Positions 1-9,507 of a DNA stretch of 34,904 nucleotides are shown here, one piece after another. The position numbers were made by a program, and so were the translations under genes. Origin of the DNA: an uncultured Victivallales bacterium. GTDB taxonomy: Bacteria > Verrucomicrobiota > Lentisphaeria > Victivallales > UBA1829. The stretch covers positions 1 through 34,904 of the forward strand of contig CALXMJ010000083.1 in the NCBI GenBank assembly GCA_944389445.1, read 5' to 3'. Positions within the stretch are counted from its first letter, which is position 1. The number at the start of each line of letters is the position of its first letter. Under the pieces are notes generated by a model. It was given only the letters and a program-made list of their open reading frames with translations. It did no database searches and had not been told where the DNA came from.

Positions 1-2
1 AC

Positions 3-593
3 GATATTCTGAGATTCGACTACAGGATGCACGCCGCCCTGCCGTCGGAATTCGCCCCGCTCGACCGCAGTATGAAACTCGCGGGACAGGCGTTCACGAT
101 CAAGGGAGCGCCCGACATCACCACCGACGGAGAGTTTGAAATGCGCGCGCAGATGCTCGAAGCTCTCCCGGAGGATTCCATCGTCGTCTGGGACTGCACC
201 GGAGACCGCGTCACCGCCCAGTGGGGGGAAGTCATGACCATGGCCGCAATGCGGGCCGGCTGCCGCGGCGCGCTCGTGAACGGAATCCGGGACACGGATG
301 CGATCCTCCGGCAGGGATTCCCGATCTTCAACATCTACCGCAGCAACGTCGGCATGCTCGGGCGGTTCCGCATGTACTACTATCAGAAGCCGATCCGGAT
401 CGGCGAGATCGTCATTGAGCCGGGAGACTGGATCTTCGGCGACATCGACGGCGCGATCCGCATTCCGGCCGATATCGCGTACGATGTTCTCCTCAAAGCC
501 GAGAAACTGCTCGACCGGGAGGAGGGAATCCGCGGCATGGTCAACTCCGGACTGCGCCCGACCGAAGTCGTCGAAAAGGGAGGATATTTCTAA
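3..593 (+). CDS. RraA/HMG-aldolase family protein (5'-truncated by window edge)
   Basis: Frame is open from base 3 (DILRFDYRMHAALP...). RraA-like motifs: GQAFTI, WGEVMT..A...G..G..V.GIRD, I.PGD.IFGD.DGAIRIP. Confidence 0.85.
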   Translation, partial: DILRFDYRMHAALPSEFAPLDRSMKLAGQAFTIKGAPDITTDGEFEMRAQMLEALPEDSIVVWDCTGDRVTAQWGEVMTMAAMRAGCRGALVNGIRDTDAILRQGFPIFNIYRSNVGMLGRFRMYYYQKPIRIGEIVIEPGDWIFGDIDGAIRIPADIAYDVLLKAEKLLDREEGIRGMVNSGLRPTEVVEKGGYF

Positions 594-596
594 AAA

Positions 597-2618
597 ATGG
601 CAATCTTTCTGACAGAAGCGGAACGTTCCGGAATCCGCGCATTCCGATCCGACCCGGTCTACTCCAACCTCTACTGGGGACTCCTGAACCGGGTGAGAAA
701 ATATGCCGCCTCCCCCTCGCTCGAATGCGCCGGGACCGACACGGAGTGGCCGCACCATGTTCTGGAGTATCTCACCGACGCCGCGCTCGTCTGCGCCGTC
801 GCGCCCGAAGAACGTCTGAAAACCCGGCTGCGCCACGCCGCGCTCGACGTGGCCGAACTGCCGCTCGACGACTGGATCGGGCCGTTCTTCCGGGATCACA
901 CGGCGACACCGCCGCGCGGCCACCTCGAAACCGCCCACTACGCGGCGGGACTGGCCATCGTCGCGGACCTCGTGCCGGAACTCTTCCGCGCCGAAGAGGC
1001 CGAAATCATCCGGGGAGCGCTGCGGGAAAAAGCCGTCCCGCTCTGCCGGGAGTGGCTCAGGTGGAACGATCGTCTCATGAACTGGCGCTGTATTCTGCTC
1101 TCCGGACTCGCCGTCGCGGGGGCGGTTCTCCGCGATGAAACCGTCCTCGACGAAGTGAGCGAAGAGTACCGGTTCTGCCTGAACGCAGTCCAGCCGGACG
1201 GCAGTTACGGCGAATCGCTGCAATACTCGAACTACTGCTTTCGCGGATTGATGCTGACGTATGAAGCGCTGCTGCGCAGCGGGCGCAACCCGGGCGATAT
1301 GCCGTATGCAAAAGCGGTCCGCTGGTTCCGCCACAGCCTGCTCTACAACAAGCCGCTCTCCGGCTGGGGCGGGCATCCGCGCCCCCGGTCGCTGAATTTC
1401 AACGACAGCGCCGCACTCTTCGGGCCAGATCCGGATCTGCTCATGCACATCGCCGTCCGCGCCGGAAAAGAGATGCCGGCGGAAGCCGCAACCGCCCGGG
1501 AGCTCTTCGATGAACTCTACGCCGCGACTCCGGCGCAGGGGCCGTTCGACCGCAGCAGCTTCGGATTCCTGAACCGCTACGGGTTCCTGAGCGTCGTGCT
1601 CTATCCGCAGAGCGCAGCCGCCGCCCCGGAGAAAGCGGGAGGGGAACCGCCCTGGGCCGCTTTTTCCAACGGCGACCGCATCGCCCGGAACAGCTGGGAA
1701 AATCCGCGCACAATCCTCGGATTCCGCGCCGGATCGGAGTACCTCAACGCACCGGGACACCTGCACGAGGATGCGAACAGCCTGATTCTCGCCTATGCCG
1801 GGGAACGGCTGCTCGTCGATCCCGGTCACTGCTGCTACCGCAACTGGCTGCATCACTTCGATCTGGCGGCGGGCAGCCACAACACGTGCGTCTTCCGCTG
1901 CGGCGGAACGGAGCTCGGCCAGAAAGGGACTCCGGGCCGCCGGATCGGCCCCGGCCGGACGCTGAGTCCCGCCCTGCCGCGCGGCGGACGGCCGCTTCTC
2001 GCGGGACGGTGCGGCAGCGTAACCGTCTTTGCCAACGACGCCGCCGAAGCCTATGGCGCGCCGATCCGGCGTTTTGAACGGTTCGCGCTCCTCTGCGGGG
2101 AGCACGTGCTCTTCCTCGTCGACCGGATCGAGAGCAGCGAACCGGTGACCGCAATCTGGAACTGGCTGCTCAACAATCGCGACGGGGAACTCGAATGGAA
2201 ACTTCTGCCGCCCGACCGGCTCGTGGCGCGGCGCGGACCCGCCGGGATGAAGCTCTTCCACATCGGCGCGGCGGACGATTTCCCGCAGGGACCTTTTTAC
2301 GGTCACGTGCACGATGCGTACCATCCGCTGCCGGGGCAGAAAGGGGAAGGAGCGCCGGGCAGCGGTCTGCAGTTCCGCTGGCTGGAGCGCTCCGACCGCA
2401 CCTCGCGGCGCGTCGTCCACGCGATCGCTCTCGACGACTACGGGCCGGTCACGCAGTGGCATCTGCAGACTGGCGCGGCAATCGCCCTGAAAGGGAGGGC
2501 TGAAGAGTGGGCACTCGCATTCGGGGACTCCGGGGAGATGCTCGTATCGGAAAAAAATTCGGGAGAATCCGTCCGCGTGGTTGAAACGGCGGAAAAGTGG
2601 AGTATGTTTCCGGCATGA
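597..2618 (+). CDS. Heparinase II/III-like polysaccharide lyase (alpha-toroid plus beta-sandwich), no signal peptide
   Basis: 673 aa. Motifs NWR, DGSYGESLQYSNY, GHLHEDANSLIL..GERLLVDPG..Y and SHNT are typical of heparinase II/III-like proteins. Confidence 0.8.
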   Translation: MAIFLTEAERSGIRAFRSDPVYSNLYWGLLNRVRKYAASPSLECAGTDTEWPHHVLEYLTDAALVCAVAPEERLKTRLRHAALDVAELPLDDWIGPFFRDHTATPPRGHLETAHYAAGLAIVADLVPELFRAEEAEIIRGALREKAVPLCREWLRWNDRLMNWRCILLSGLAVAGAVLRDETVLDEVSEEYRFCLNAVQPDGSYGESLQYSNYCFRGLMLTYEALLRSGRNPGDMPYAKAVRWFRHSLLYNKPLSGWGGHPRPRSLNFNDSAALFGPDPDLLMHIAVRAGKEMPAEAATARELFDELYAATPAQGPFDRSSFGFLNRYGFLSVVLYPQSAAAAPEKAGGEPPWAAFSNGDRIARNSWENPRTILGFRAGSEYLNAPGHLHEDANSLILAYAGERLLVDPGHCCYRNWLHHFDLAAGSHNTCVFRCGGTELGQKGTPGRRIGPGRTLSPALPRGGRPLLAGRCGSVTVFANDAAEAYGAPIRRFERFALLCGEHVLFLVDRIESSEPVTAIWNWLLNNRDGELEWKLLPPDRLVARRGPAGMKLFHIGAADDFPQGPFYGHVHDAYHPLPGQKGEGAPGSGLQFRWLERSDRTSRRVVHAIALDDYGPVTQWHLQTGAAIALKGRAEEWALAFGDSGEMLVSEKNSGESVRVVETAEKWSMFPA

Positions 2619-3790
2619 AAATCCTGCGCACAATAAAACTGCCAGGGCTGTGGGCACTGCACAGCTACTACACGCTGCCGCCGTGGGCGCCGGACAACTC
2701 CGGGCGGCTGCTGCTCGCGGGGGTGGACCTCGCGACGCGCGAGGGAGAAGTGTTTGTGGTCGGGAAAGACGGCGAAATCGAAGAGCGCTTCGGCCGCCAT
2801 GCGGTCGAGTCGGACTTCTTCCACACCGGGTTCTGGCAGAGCTGGAGTCCGGACGGGCGCAGCGTCTACTTTCTGAACGGTTCGCTGCGTCATCCGCAAA
2901 TCACCCGCCGCGAACTCGCGACCGGGCGGGAATGCTCCATCGACGGCGCGATGGAGGGGGCGTCGCCGGACGGGGAGCCGATCGTCTCTGCCCTGATCGG
3001 CATGCTTTACGCGGCCGGCTACGGGACCGGGGTCTACAATCCCGGGCTCAGCCCGGTTCCGTTTGAAGAGCGTGACCGTCACGGGGTGTTCGAGTACGAC
3101 CTTGCCGCCGGGAGCGCCGAACTCCGGCTCAGCGTGCAACAGGTGCTCGATCTGCATCCGGACCGGGAGAAGCTGCTCCGGCTCGACCGCGAACTGGCGG
3201 AACGCAACGGCACTCCGACCGGACTCACGCTCATGTGTTACTGTGTGCGCTGGAGCCGTGACGCGCGGCGAATGATGTTTCACTTCGGCAACCACTGTGT
3301 CGTCAAAGAGCGCGGGGAACCGAAAATCCTCTATCTTTTCACCTGCAACCGGGATTTCACGGATCTGCGTCTGGCGCTCGATCTCTGCGACGGCGGCGTG
3401 CACTGGAGTTTCCATCCGGACGGGGAGCATCTCGTCGGGTACGCCCGGAACGTCCTCTCGTCGGTCGGGATTGACGGAACGGGATTCCGGCAGCTGTGCG
3501 ACGCGCGTGGCGGCGGCCATCCGAGTCTCTCTCCGGCGGATCCGCTGCTCGCGGTCACCGACACCTACAACGGAATGATCGAATTCTGGGACATCGGAAA
3601 AAACCGGAAAATCGATGAGGCGTTCTTTCCCGCCCTGACGCCGGGGAAAGAGGCTTATCGTCACGGACGCAACGAGTTCCGAGTCTGTCATCACCCGGTA
3701 TTTTCGCCGGACGGGCGGAGGGTGCTCTTCAATGTACTGGAGGATGAATTGAGTTATCTGGTTGAAATCGAACCCCCGGTGCGGCGATGA
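2615..3790 (+). CDS. Beta-propeller protein, oligogalacturonate-lyase/TolB-like
   Basis: ATGA overlap with the upstream stop, GGAG at 2599-2602. Repeated propeller motifs WSPDG, WSRD, FHPDG, HPSLSP and HPVFSPDGRRVLFN. Confidence 0.65.
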   Translation: MKILRTIKLPGLWALHSYYTLPPWAPDNSGRLLLAGVDLATREGEVFVVGKDGEIEERFGRHAVESDFFHTGFWQSWSPDGRSVYFLNGSLRHPQITRRELATGRECSIDGAMEGASPDGEPIVSALIGMLYAAGYGTGVYNPGLSPVPFEERDRHGVFEYDLAAGSAELRLSVQQVLDLHPDREKLLRLDRELAERNGTPTGLTLMCYCVRWSRDARRMMFHFGNHCVVKERGEPKILYLFTCNRDFTDLRLALDLCDGGVHWSFHPDGEHLVGYARNVLSSVGIDGTGFRQLCDARGGGHPSLSPADPLLAVTDTYNGMIEFWDIGKNRKIDEAFFPALTPGKEAYRHGRNEFRVCHHPVFSPDGRRVLFNVLEDELSYLVEIEPPVRR

Positions 3791-4368
3791 GCGTCCTCGG
3801 AAACATTCTCTGCCGCGGCAACACCTGGCCGGTCGGACGGACGCTCACGGCGCGTTTCGCGCGATGGCTCGGGCGGCTGCTTGCGCTGCGCCACCGGAAC
3901 GTCGAGCTCGCCCGCTCGGTCATGATCGCTCCGGACGCGCGTGTGAATCCCCGCGACGGCAGAATTGCGATCGGGGAACGCTCCCTCCTCGCCTCGGGCG
4001 CGATGGTCGAGGGGGAAGTCACGATCGGGGACGACTCTTCGGTCCAGAACTACACGATCATCGTCGGCTATCCCGGCAACGGAGCGGTCCGCATCGGCAG
4101 CAAAGTCCGGATCGCCGCCCACACCATGATCGTCGCGACAAATCACGTGTTTGCCGATCCGAATCGTCCGATTCACGGACAGGGGTTGAAACCGGAACCG
4201 ATTACGATTGAAGATGATGTATGGATCGGGGGGAATGTTTTCATCACGGCGGGAGTCACCATCGGCAGCGGCTCGGTCATCGGGGCGGGGTCGGTGGTGA
4301 CCCGGTCCATTCCGCCGCGGAGCGTCGCGGTCGGCGCTCCGGCCCGGGTCATCCGTCGCCGGGAGTGA
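3787..4368 (+). CDS. Hexapeptide-repeat (left-handed beta-helix) O-acyltransferase
   Basis: PITIEDDVWIGGNVFITAGVTIGSGSVIGAGSVVTRSIP...VGAPARVIR; ATGA overlap with the upstream gene. Confidence 0.9.
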   Translation: MSVLGNILCRGNTWPVGRTLTARFARWLGRLLALRHRNVELARSVMIAPDARVNPRDGRIAIGERSLLASGAMVEGEVTIGDDSSVQNYTIIVGYPGNGAVRIGSKVRIAAHTMIVATNHVFADPNRPIHGQGLKPEPITIEDDVWIGGNVFITAGVTIGSGSVIGAGSVVTRSIPPRSVAVGAPARVIRRRE

Positions 4369-4387
4369 GCCGAATTCCGGATCGGGC

Positions 4388-4416
4388 TTGACTTTCCGTT
4401 GCAGAAGCGCTATTTT
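4388..4416 (+). promoter_or_regulatory. Putative sigma70 promoter for the beta-helix/AraC genes
   Basis: TTGACT (4388-4393), 17-nt spacer, TATTTT (4411-4416) in an 80-bp intergenic gap. Confidence 0.45.
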
Positions 4417-4448
4417 CGTTTCCATACAGAAAATCGGCAGGTGTTCTC

Positions 4449-6320
4449 ATGAAAAAAATTCCGCTCATGCTCGCGGCCGGAATTCTCTCGGCCGGGTTGT
4501 TCGCCGCAACGCTGCACGTGGCTCCAGACGGCGACGGGGAATCCGTGTTCCGGACCATCGGAGCGGCCGCGATCCGGGCGCAGCCGGGCGATGTGATTCT
4601 CGTCCGCCCCGGCGTCTATCGGGAACACATCGCACCGGAACGCGGCGGCGAGGCGGGAAAACCGATCGTCTACCGCGCCGCGAAAGCAGGAACGGTGTTC
4701 GTCCGCGGCAGCGAAATCTGGAAACCGGAACTCACTCCGGTGGCAGGACAAAACAACGTTTTCACCACTCCGACACCGGACGACGCATTCTTCGGAGATT
4801 TCCCGAATCCGTTCAAACGCAAGCTGAATGCGGGCAGCTCCGACAAAAAAGAACCCGCCCGCCCTGCCGACAGTGCGCTGCTGCCCTACTCGCTCGGGCA
4901 GATTTTCTGCGACGGACGGGAGCTGCGCCAATCGCAGACGGTCGAGGAAGTAGACCGGGTACCGGAGAGCTGGATCCTCTCGCCCGACGGAAAGAGTCTC
5001 CGGCTGCACATGCCTCCGGGATATGACCCGAGCCGTTCACAGCTCGAGCTTTCCGTGCGAGACCGGGTGTTCGCTCCGGCGCGACGCGGGCTCGGCTACA
5101 TCGAGATCGAGGGTTTCATCTTCGAGCACTGCGCAAATCAGGCGCCCTTTCCGCAGCTCGGGATGGTTTCGACCCGCAGCGGTCATGACTGGGTGATCCG
5201 CAACAACGTGATCCGCCATGCCAAAACGGTCGGCCTCGACGTCGGCAGCGAATACTGGCGCACCGATCTGCTGCCGAAAACCACACCGGAAGACCGGAAA
5301 CTGCTGCGCAAAGGCGGACGCCACCTCGTCACCGGAAACCTCATTGTCGAAAACGGTCTCTGCGGCATCGCCGGATGGAGCTGCCGCGGCGTGAAGATCA
5401 TCGGCAACACCATCGAACGCAATAATTTACTCTCTCTGACCACGAGCGAATGCAACTGGGAGGAGTGGGCCGGAATCAAACTGCACGAAGCGGATGAGGC
5501 GCTTGTCGAAGGCAATCTCGTCCGCTTCAACGGCGCCCATGGGATCTGGTTCGACAACGGCTACAATCAGGCGCGCATCACGCGGAATTTCGTTTTCGGC
5601 AATGTCGGGACGGGGATATTCATCGAGCTCGGCGCTGGCAACATCCTCATCGACAATAACATCGTGGCGAATACGACGCCGTTCTTCGGGCCCTATCCGG
5701 GACGGGGGATCTACGCGCACGACGCCTCCGGCGTGCGGATCTGCCACAATCTCGTCATCGACAACAAGGCCGAGGCGGTCTACATGCAGAACGTCACCGA
5801 CCGGAAATATCACGGCAAAATCGTCGAGACCTCCGATGAACTCGTGGTCAACAACATCTTCGCAAACAACGGCGGCGGCGTGAGCCTGCCGTTCCCGGAG
5901 AAACGTTCCGGCAACTGCGTCACGGACCACAATCTCTTCGTCGGCGACGTGAACTTCCGGTACAGCGCCGGGACCGCCTGGGAACAGATTCTCGCCGCAG
6001 TGAAACCGAAGCTGACGCGGGAAGAACTGGTTCGCGCGGAACTCATCCGCGGCTTCGCCCCCGCCGTGTGGCCGAAAGTATCCGGCCGCGAAACGGGATC
6101 GATCTTTCTTTCGCAGCGCGAATTCCAGATCCGGATCAAACCGTTTGAACCGTCGATCTACATCCGGAACGTCTCCGGGAAAACCTTTGTGTTCGAGCCG
6201 GTTGCGGGAGTGGAGCGGGATTTTCTCGGTCAGCCTTACGGGAAAACCGTCCAGCCCGGTCCGTTTCAGGATCTCAGCAGCCGGACCGATTACCGGCTGC
6301 TCTTCCCGGTCCGGAGATGA
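4449..6320 (+). CDS. Secreted right-handed parallel beta-helix protein (putative polysaccharide lyase/hydrolase)
   Basis: Signal peptide MKKIPLMLAAGILSAGLFA; FRTIGAAA..AQPGD.I.VRPGVYRE N-cap; repeated GIKLH/GIWFD/GIFIE/GIYAH and NN ladders. Confidence 0.85.
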   Translation: MKKIPLMLAAGILSAGLFAATLHVAPDGDGESVFRTIGAAAIRAQPGDVILVRPGVYREHIAPERGGEAGKPIVYRAAKAGTVFVRGSEIWKPELTPVAGQNNVFTTPTPDDAFFGDFPNPFKRKLNAGSSDKKEPARPADSALLPYSLGQIFCDGRELRQSQTVEEVDRVPESWILSPDGKSLRLHMPPGYDPSRSQLELSVRDRVFAPARRGLGYIEIEGFIFEHCANQAPFPQLGMVSTRSGHDWVIRNNVIRHAKTVGLDVGSEYWRTDLLPKTTPEDRKLLRKGGRHLVTGNLIVENGLCGIAGWSCRGVKIIGNTIERNNLLSLTTSECNWEEWAGIKLHEADEALVEGNLVRFNGAHGIWFDNGYNQARITRNFVFGNVGTGIFIELGAGNILIDNNIVANTTPFFGPYPGRGIYAHDASGVRICHNLVIDNKAEAVYMQNVTDRKYHGKIVETSDELVVNNIFANNGGGVSLPFPEKRSGNCVTDHNLFVGDVNFRYSAGTAWEQILAAVKPKLTREELVRAELIRGFAPAVWPKVSGRETGSIFLSQREFQIRIKPFEPSIYIRNVSGKTFVFEPVAGVERDFLGQPYGKTVQPGPFQDLSSRTDYRLLFPVRR

Positions 6321-7105
6321 AAGGCGGTGGCGGGATGGATTATCCGATCGACTATCCGGTCAAACTGCTGAATATTCACACTTCCAGTTTCGATGGATCC
6401 TATTCCTACCCTCGTCATTACCAGAAATTTCCGCAACTCTATCTCGTACTGGAGGGGAAAGTTTTCTATGAGGCGGACGGCGAGGAACTCACATTGACCG
6501 GCGGCTGCGGCGTCTGGGTTGCGCCCGGTTGCCTGCGGGCTCCGCGCGCGGGATCCGATTCCGGGCGGAAACTCGTCGGCATTTTTCTCGCCCGGCAGGA
6601 GCTGTTTCCCGACTCGGCGGGGATCCGGCGGATCACCCTCGACGGGTCGGGTCGCCGCGACGCAGCGGAATGCGCCGATGCCGTCGAACGCGGCGGTTCC
6701 GGCGCAGTGATTCAACTGCTGTTCAACCGCCTCTGCTACACGCTGGAGGCGGCTCTCTTCGAGCCGCCTCCCCCGCACGATCCGCGGCGGGAGCGGGAGG
6801 AATCGACGGTCCGCGCCCTCGAGAGAATCATGAGTGCAAATTTAGGCAACCCGCTCTCTTTCGAGGAATTATGTCGTCTCGCCCATCTCTCGCAATCGAG
6901 TGCGGGGAGGAGTTTCCGCCATCGGCTCGGAGTCTCACCGATGGAGCATTACCGCAGAATGCGCCTCGAACGCGGAGCGGAACTGATCCGATCCGGGCAC
7001 AGCACGGTCTCGGAAGCGGCATTCGCGACCGGATTCTCCTCTTCGCAACATTTCGCGACGGCATTCCGAAACTGTTTCGGGAAAACCCCGACGGAACGGA
7101 ATTGA
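6317..7105 (+). CDS. AraC-family transcriptional regulator
   Basis: N-terminal cupin-like domain; C-terminal double HTH ending VSEAAFATGFSSSQHFATAFRNCFGKTP. Alternative start at 6335. Confidence 0.92.
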   Translation: MKGGGGMDYPIDYPVKLLNIHTSSFDGSYSYPRHYQKFPQLYLVLEGKVFYEADGEELTLTGGCGVWVAPGCLRAPRAGSDSGRKLVGIFLARQELFPDSAGIRRITLDGSGRRDAAECADAVERGGSGAVIQLLFNRLCYTLEAALFEPPPPHDPRREREESTVRALERIMSANLGNPLSFEELCRLAHLSQSSAGRSFRHRLGVSPMEHYRRMRLERGAELIRSGHSTVSEAAFATGFSSSQHFATAFRNCFGKTPTERN

Positions 7106-7204
7106 CCGGATTTTATACAGAAAAGAGCAGTTCTTGAACGAAATTCCTGATTTTTCCGGTTATATTTCGTCAGTTTTCCATACATGAAACTGGAGGATGA
7201 AGCC

Positions 7205-8281
7205 ATGGATCCAATCAAAGTCGGAATCATCGGATTCGGCCGCAGCGGATGCAACATCCATGCCGACGCAATCGCCCGGATGCCGGAACTGTTTGAAGTG
7301 TGTGCGATCTGCGACCTGCTGCCGGAACGACGCAAGCATGAGGCGTTTCCGCACGCGAAACCGTATGCGGACCATCGCGAACTGCTTGCGGACCCTGCGG
7401 TCGAACTTGTAGTGGTTGCCCCGCCGAACTGTTACCACGCCTCTTTCGCCGTCGAAGCACTGAACGCGGGCAAACACGTGCTGTGCGAAAAGCCGTTCGG
7501 CTTCACCACCGCGGATGTCGATGCGATGATCGCGGCGTCGAAACGGGCGAACCGCATTCTGCAGCCCTTTCAGCAGCGGCGCTATGAGGAGGATTTCCGC
7601 AAAGTGCTCGAGATCTGCCGCAGCGGCCGGCTCGGGGCCATCGATTTCATCCGCATTTCGTGGGTCGGATTCAGCCGCCGCTGGGACTGGCAGACCTCCC
7701 GCCGGTTCGGCGGGGGTCAGCTCTATAACAACATGCCGCACCTCGTCGATCATGCTCTCGAACTCTTCGGAGAAACAGTCCCGGCAGTCTGGTGCACGAT
7801 CAACAACGCCCTTTCCAGCGGAGACGCCGAGGACGAAGTTCACCTGATTCTGCACGCGCCGGGAGCTCCGACCGTGGAAGTCGAAATGGCGGCGACTGCC
7901 GCCTATCCGCTCGACCGCTGGTATGTCTGCGGAACGGCCGGCGGACTGCGCGGCAACGCAACTCATCTCGAATGGAAGTGGGTCGACTGGAGCAAAATGC
8001 CGGAACGCCCGCTCGATCTCCATCCGACAGCCGGGCGCAGCTACAACAGCGAAACCCTCGAATGGCACAGCGACAGCTGGGATGCGGAACAGCAGAGCGA
8101 CGCGGGTGCCGGCGCCGCGCCCGCGCCCAAACCGGTCATGGCTCTCTACTCGGGCCTCTACCGGGCCATCCGGCAGGGAGCGCCTCAGGAGATCACGCCG
8201 GAGCAGGTGCGCCGCCGCGTAGCCGTCCTTGAACAGTGTTACCGCATGAATCAAATCCCGTTTCCGAAAGGGACCCGCTGA
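7205..8281 (+). CDS. Gfo/Idh/MocA family oxidoreductase
   Basis: GGAGG RBS; IKVGIIGFGRSG Rossmann motif; ALNAGKHVLCEKP. Confidence 0.92.
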   Translation: MDPIKVGIIGFGRSGCNIHADAIARMPELFEVCAICDLLPERRKHEAFPHAKPYADHRELLADPAVELVVVAPPNCYHASFAVEALNAGKHVLCEKPFGFTTADVDAMIAASKRANRILQPFQQRRYEEDFRKVLEICRSGRLGAIDFIRISWVGFSRRWDWQTSRRFGGGQLYNNMPHLVDHALELFGETVPAVWCTINNALSSGDAEDEVHLILHAPGAPTVEVEMAATAAYPLDRWYVCGTAGGLRGNATHLEWKWVDWSKMPERPLDLHPTAGRSYNSETLEWHSDSWDAEQQSDAGAGAAPAPKPVMALYSGLYRAIRQGAPQEITPEQVRRRVAVLEQCYRMNQIPFPKGTR

Positions 8282-8283
8282 AA

Positions 8284-9027
8284 ATGGATTCTCTTACCGC
8301 TTATCTCGGAATTAAGACCTATTCGTTCCGCTCCATCCCGGCCAACCCGGATGTCGCCGCAGCCGTGAAAGAGTGCGGGGTACGCACGGCGGATCTCTCA
8401 GGATGCCATGTGAACTATGCGAAACCGCGGAGCTGGCCGGATGTGATTGCGGCTTACCATGATGCGGGAGTTCGCCTCTCCGGCATCGGCGTGGCGGGAT
8501 GTTCGCCGGACGAAGAAAAAAACCGTCCGTTCTTTGAATTCGCCCGACTGGCGGGATGCGGCGTCGTGAGCGTCACGTTCCCGCCGGAAGAGCACGAGAT
8601 GACGCTGAAAATCCTCGAGGCGCTCTCGGAAGAGTACGGATTGCGCGTCGCGATCCACAACCACGGCGGCTATGACTGGCTCGGCAACTCGACGATTCTG
8701 CGCTATATCTTTGCGCGCACCTCATCCCGGATCGGGCTCTGCCTCGATACGGCGTGGTGCATGCAATCGGGTGAAAATCCCGTTGCCTGGCTCGAAGAGT
8801 TCGGCAGGCGGCTTTCCGGAATCCACTTCAAGGATTTCACGTTCGCCCCCGACGGGACGGCCCGGGACACCGTCGTCGGCGAGGGAGCGCTCCATCTTCC
8901 GGAGCTGCTCGCCCGGTTTCGCGCGCTCGATTTCTCCGGCAGCGCGGTTGTGGAATATGAGGGTGACGATCCCGTCGCCGCTTCCGCCGCCTCGGTGCGG
9001 AACATCCTCCGGCTCTATCCGGAATGA
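8284..9027 (+). CDS. Sugar phosphate isomerase/epimerase (xylose-isomerase-like TIM barrel, IolE-like)
   Basis: Metal-binding motifs AIHNH, LCLDTAW, IHFKD, VGEG and VVEYE. Confidence 0.85.
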   Translation: MDSLTAYLGIKTYSFRSIPANPDVAAAVKECGVRTADLSGCHVNYAKPRSWPDVIAAYHDAGVRLSGIGVAGCSPDEEKNRPFFEFARLAGCGVVSVTFPPEEHEMTLKILEALSEEYGLRVAIHNHGGYDWLGNSTILRYIFARTSSRIGLCLDTAWCMQSGENPVAWLEEFGRRLSGIHFKDFTFAPDGTARDTVVGEGALHLPELLARFRALDFSGSAVVEYEGDDPVAASAASVRNILRLYPE

Positions 9028-9051
9028 ACCACTCTCCCGCCTCGCTTCAAC

Positions 9052-9075
9052 CGGCCGCCCGCGCGGCCGTTTTTT
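9052..9075 (+). terminator. Rho-independent terminator
   Basis: CGGCCGC-ccgc-GCGGCCG 7-bp stem followed by TTTTTT, about 25 nt after the stop codon. Confidence 0.8.
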
Positions 9076-9132
9076 GTTTTCAATGCCGGAGAAATCCTTT
9101 TCCCGGTGGAAAAAAATAGTTTTTTGAAGAGA

Positions 9133-9210
9133 GAATGCCGTCTGGTGCTCAAACGCCAGATGGCATCACCTTTTCCTGTTCTAATCTTTTCAAAACTCTA
9201 TCGCTGATAT
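9133..9210 (+). repeat. ~78-bp dispersed direct repeat with hairpin, copy 1
   Basis: First 36 nt match 14644-14679 at 35/36, with weaker similarity continuing to 9210. Contains the stem ATGCCGTCTGG...CCAGATGGCAT. Confidence 0.85.
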
Positions 9211-9211
9211 T

Positions 9212-9333
9212 TTCCTTTACCATGGGGCTCACTGGGCATACACGCCGCAAGCCGCCGAAAAGTGCTGAAAGAGTTTCGCGGCGAATGGTTCGGCGCTCAC
9301 ATTACCTATCCCGGAAAGTACCGGAATCCGTAA
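9212..9333 (+). pseudogene. Possible orphan 3' fragment of a deleted gene
   Basis: With one frameshift it reads FLYHGAHWAYTPQAAE/KVLKEFRGEWFGAHITYPGKYRNP*. Looks protein-like but the family was not recognised. Confidence 0.25.
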
Positions 9334-9351
9334 AGGGACTCCGCCGCCGGA

Positions 9352-9507
9352 GCGATTGAAATCGCTGAAAAAGAGATTCGGACGCATCTTGACGGACTGG
9401 TTCGGCAGTCCAGCGAGGGATACGTTGCATACGGGAGGCTCCGCCAAGTCACGTTTGTCGTCTGTAATCGCTCAGGAACAAATGTGCGCAAAACTTCGGA
9501 CACTACC
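9352..9507 (+). mobile_element. Internally deleted IS256-family remnant
   Basis: AIEIAEKEIRTHLDGLVRQSSE/DTL resembles the IS256 transposase N-terminus. It ends in an IS256-type terminal sequence GTGCGCAAAACTTCGGACACTACC (reverse complement GGTAGTGTCC...). Confidence 0.7.

Noticed and set aside
2438-3694. Long antisense ORFs (also 7160-8254, 11525-12508, 15573-16850, 18789-19691, 24053-25168, 25714-26691, 31921-32916)
   Set aside because: They are shadows of well-supported genes on the opposite strand, with no recognisable motifs.
9135-9146. ATGCCGTCTG resembles the Neisseria DNA uptake sequence (ATGCCGTCTGAA), here in an inverted pair
   Set aside because: It continues GG/GT rather than AA, occurs only within the two repeat copies, and the gene content is not neisserial.
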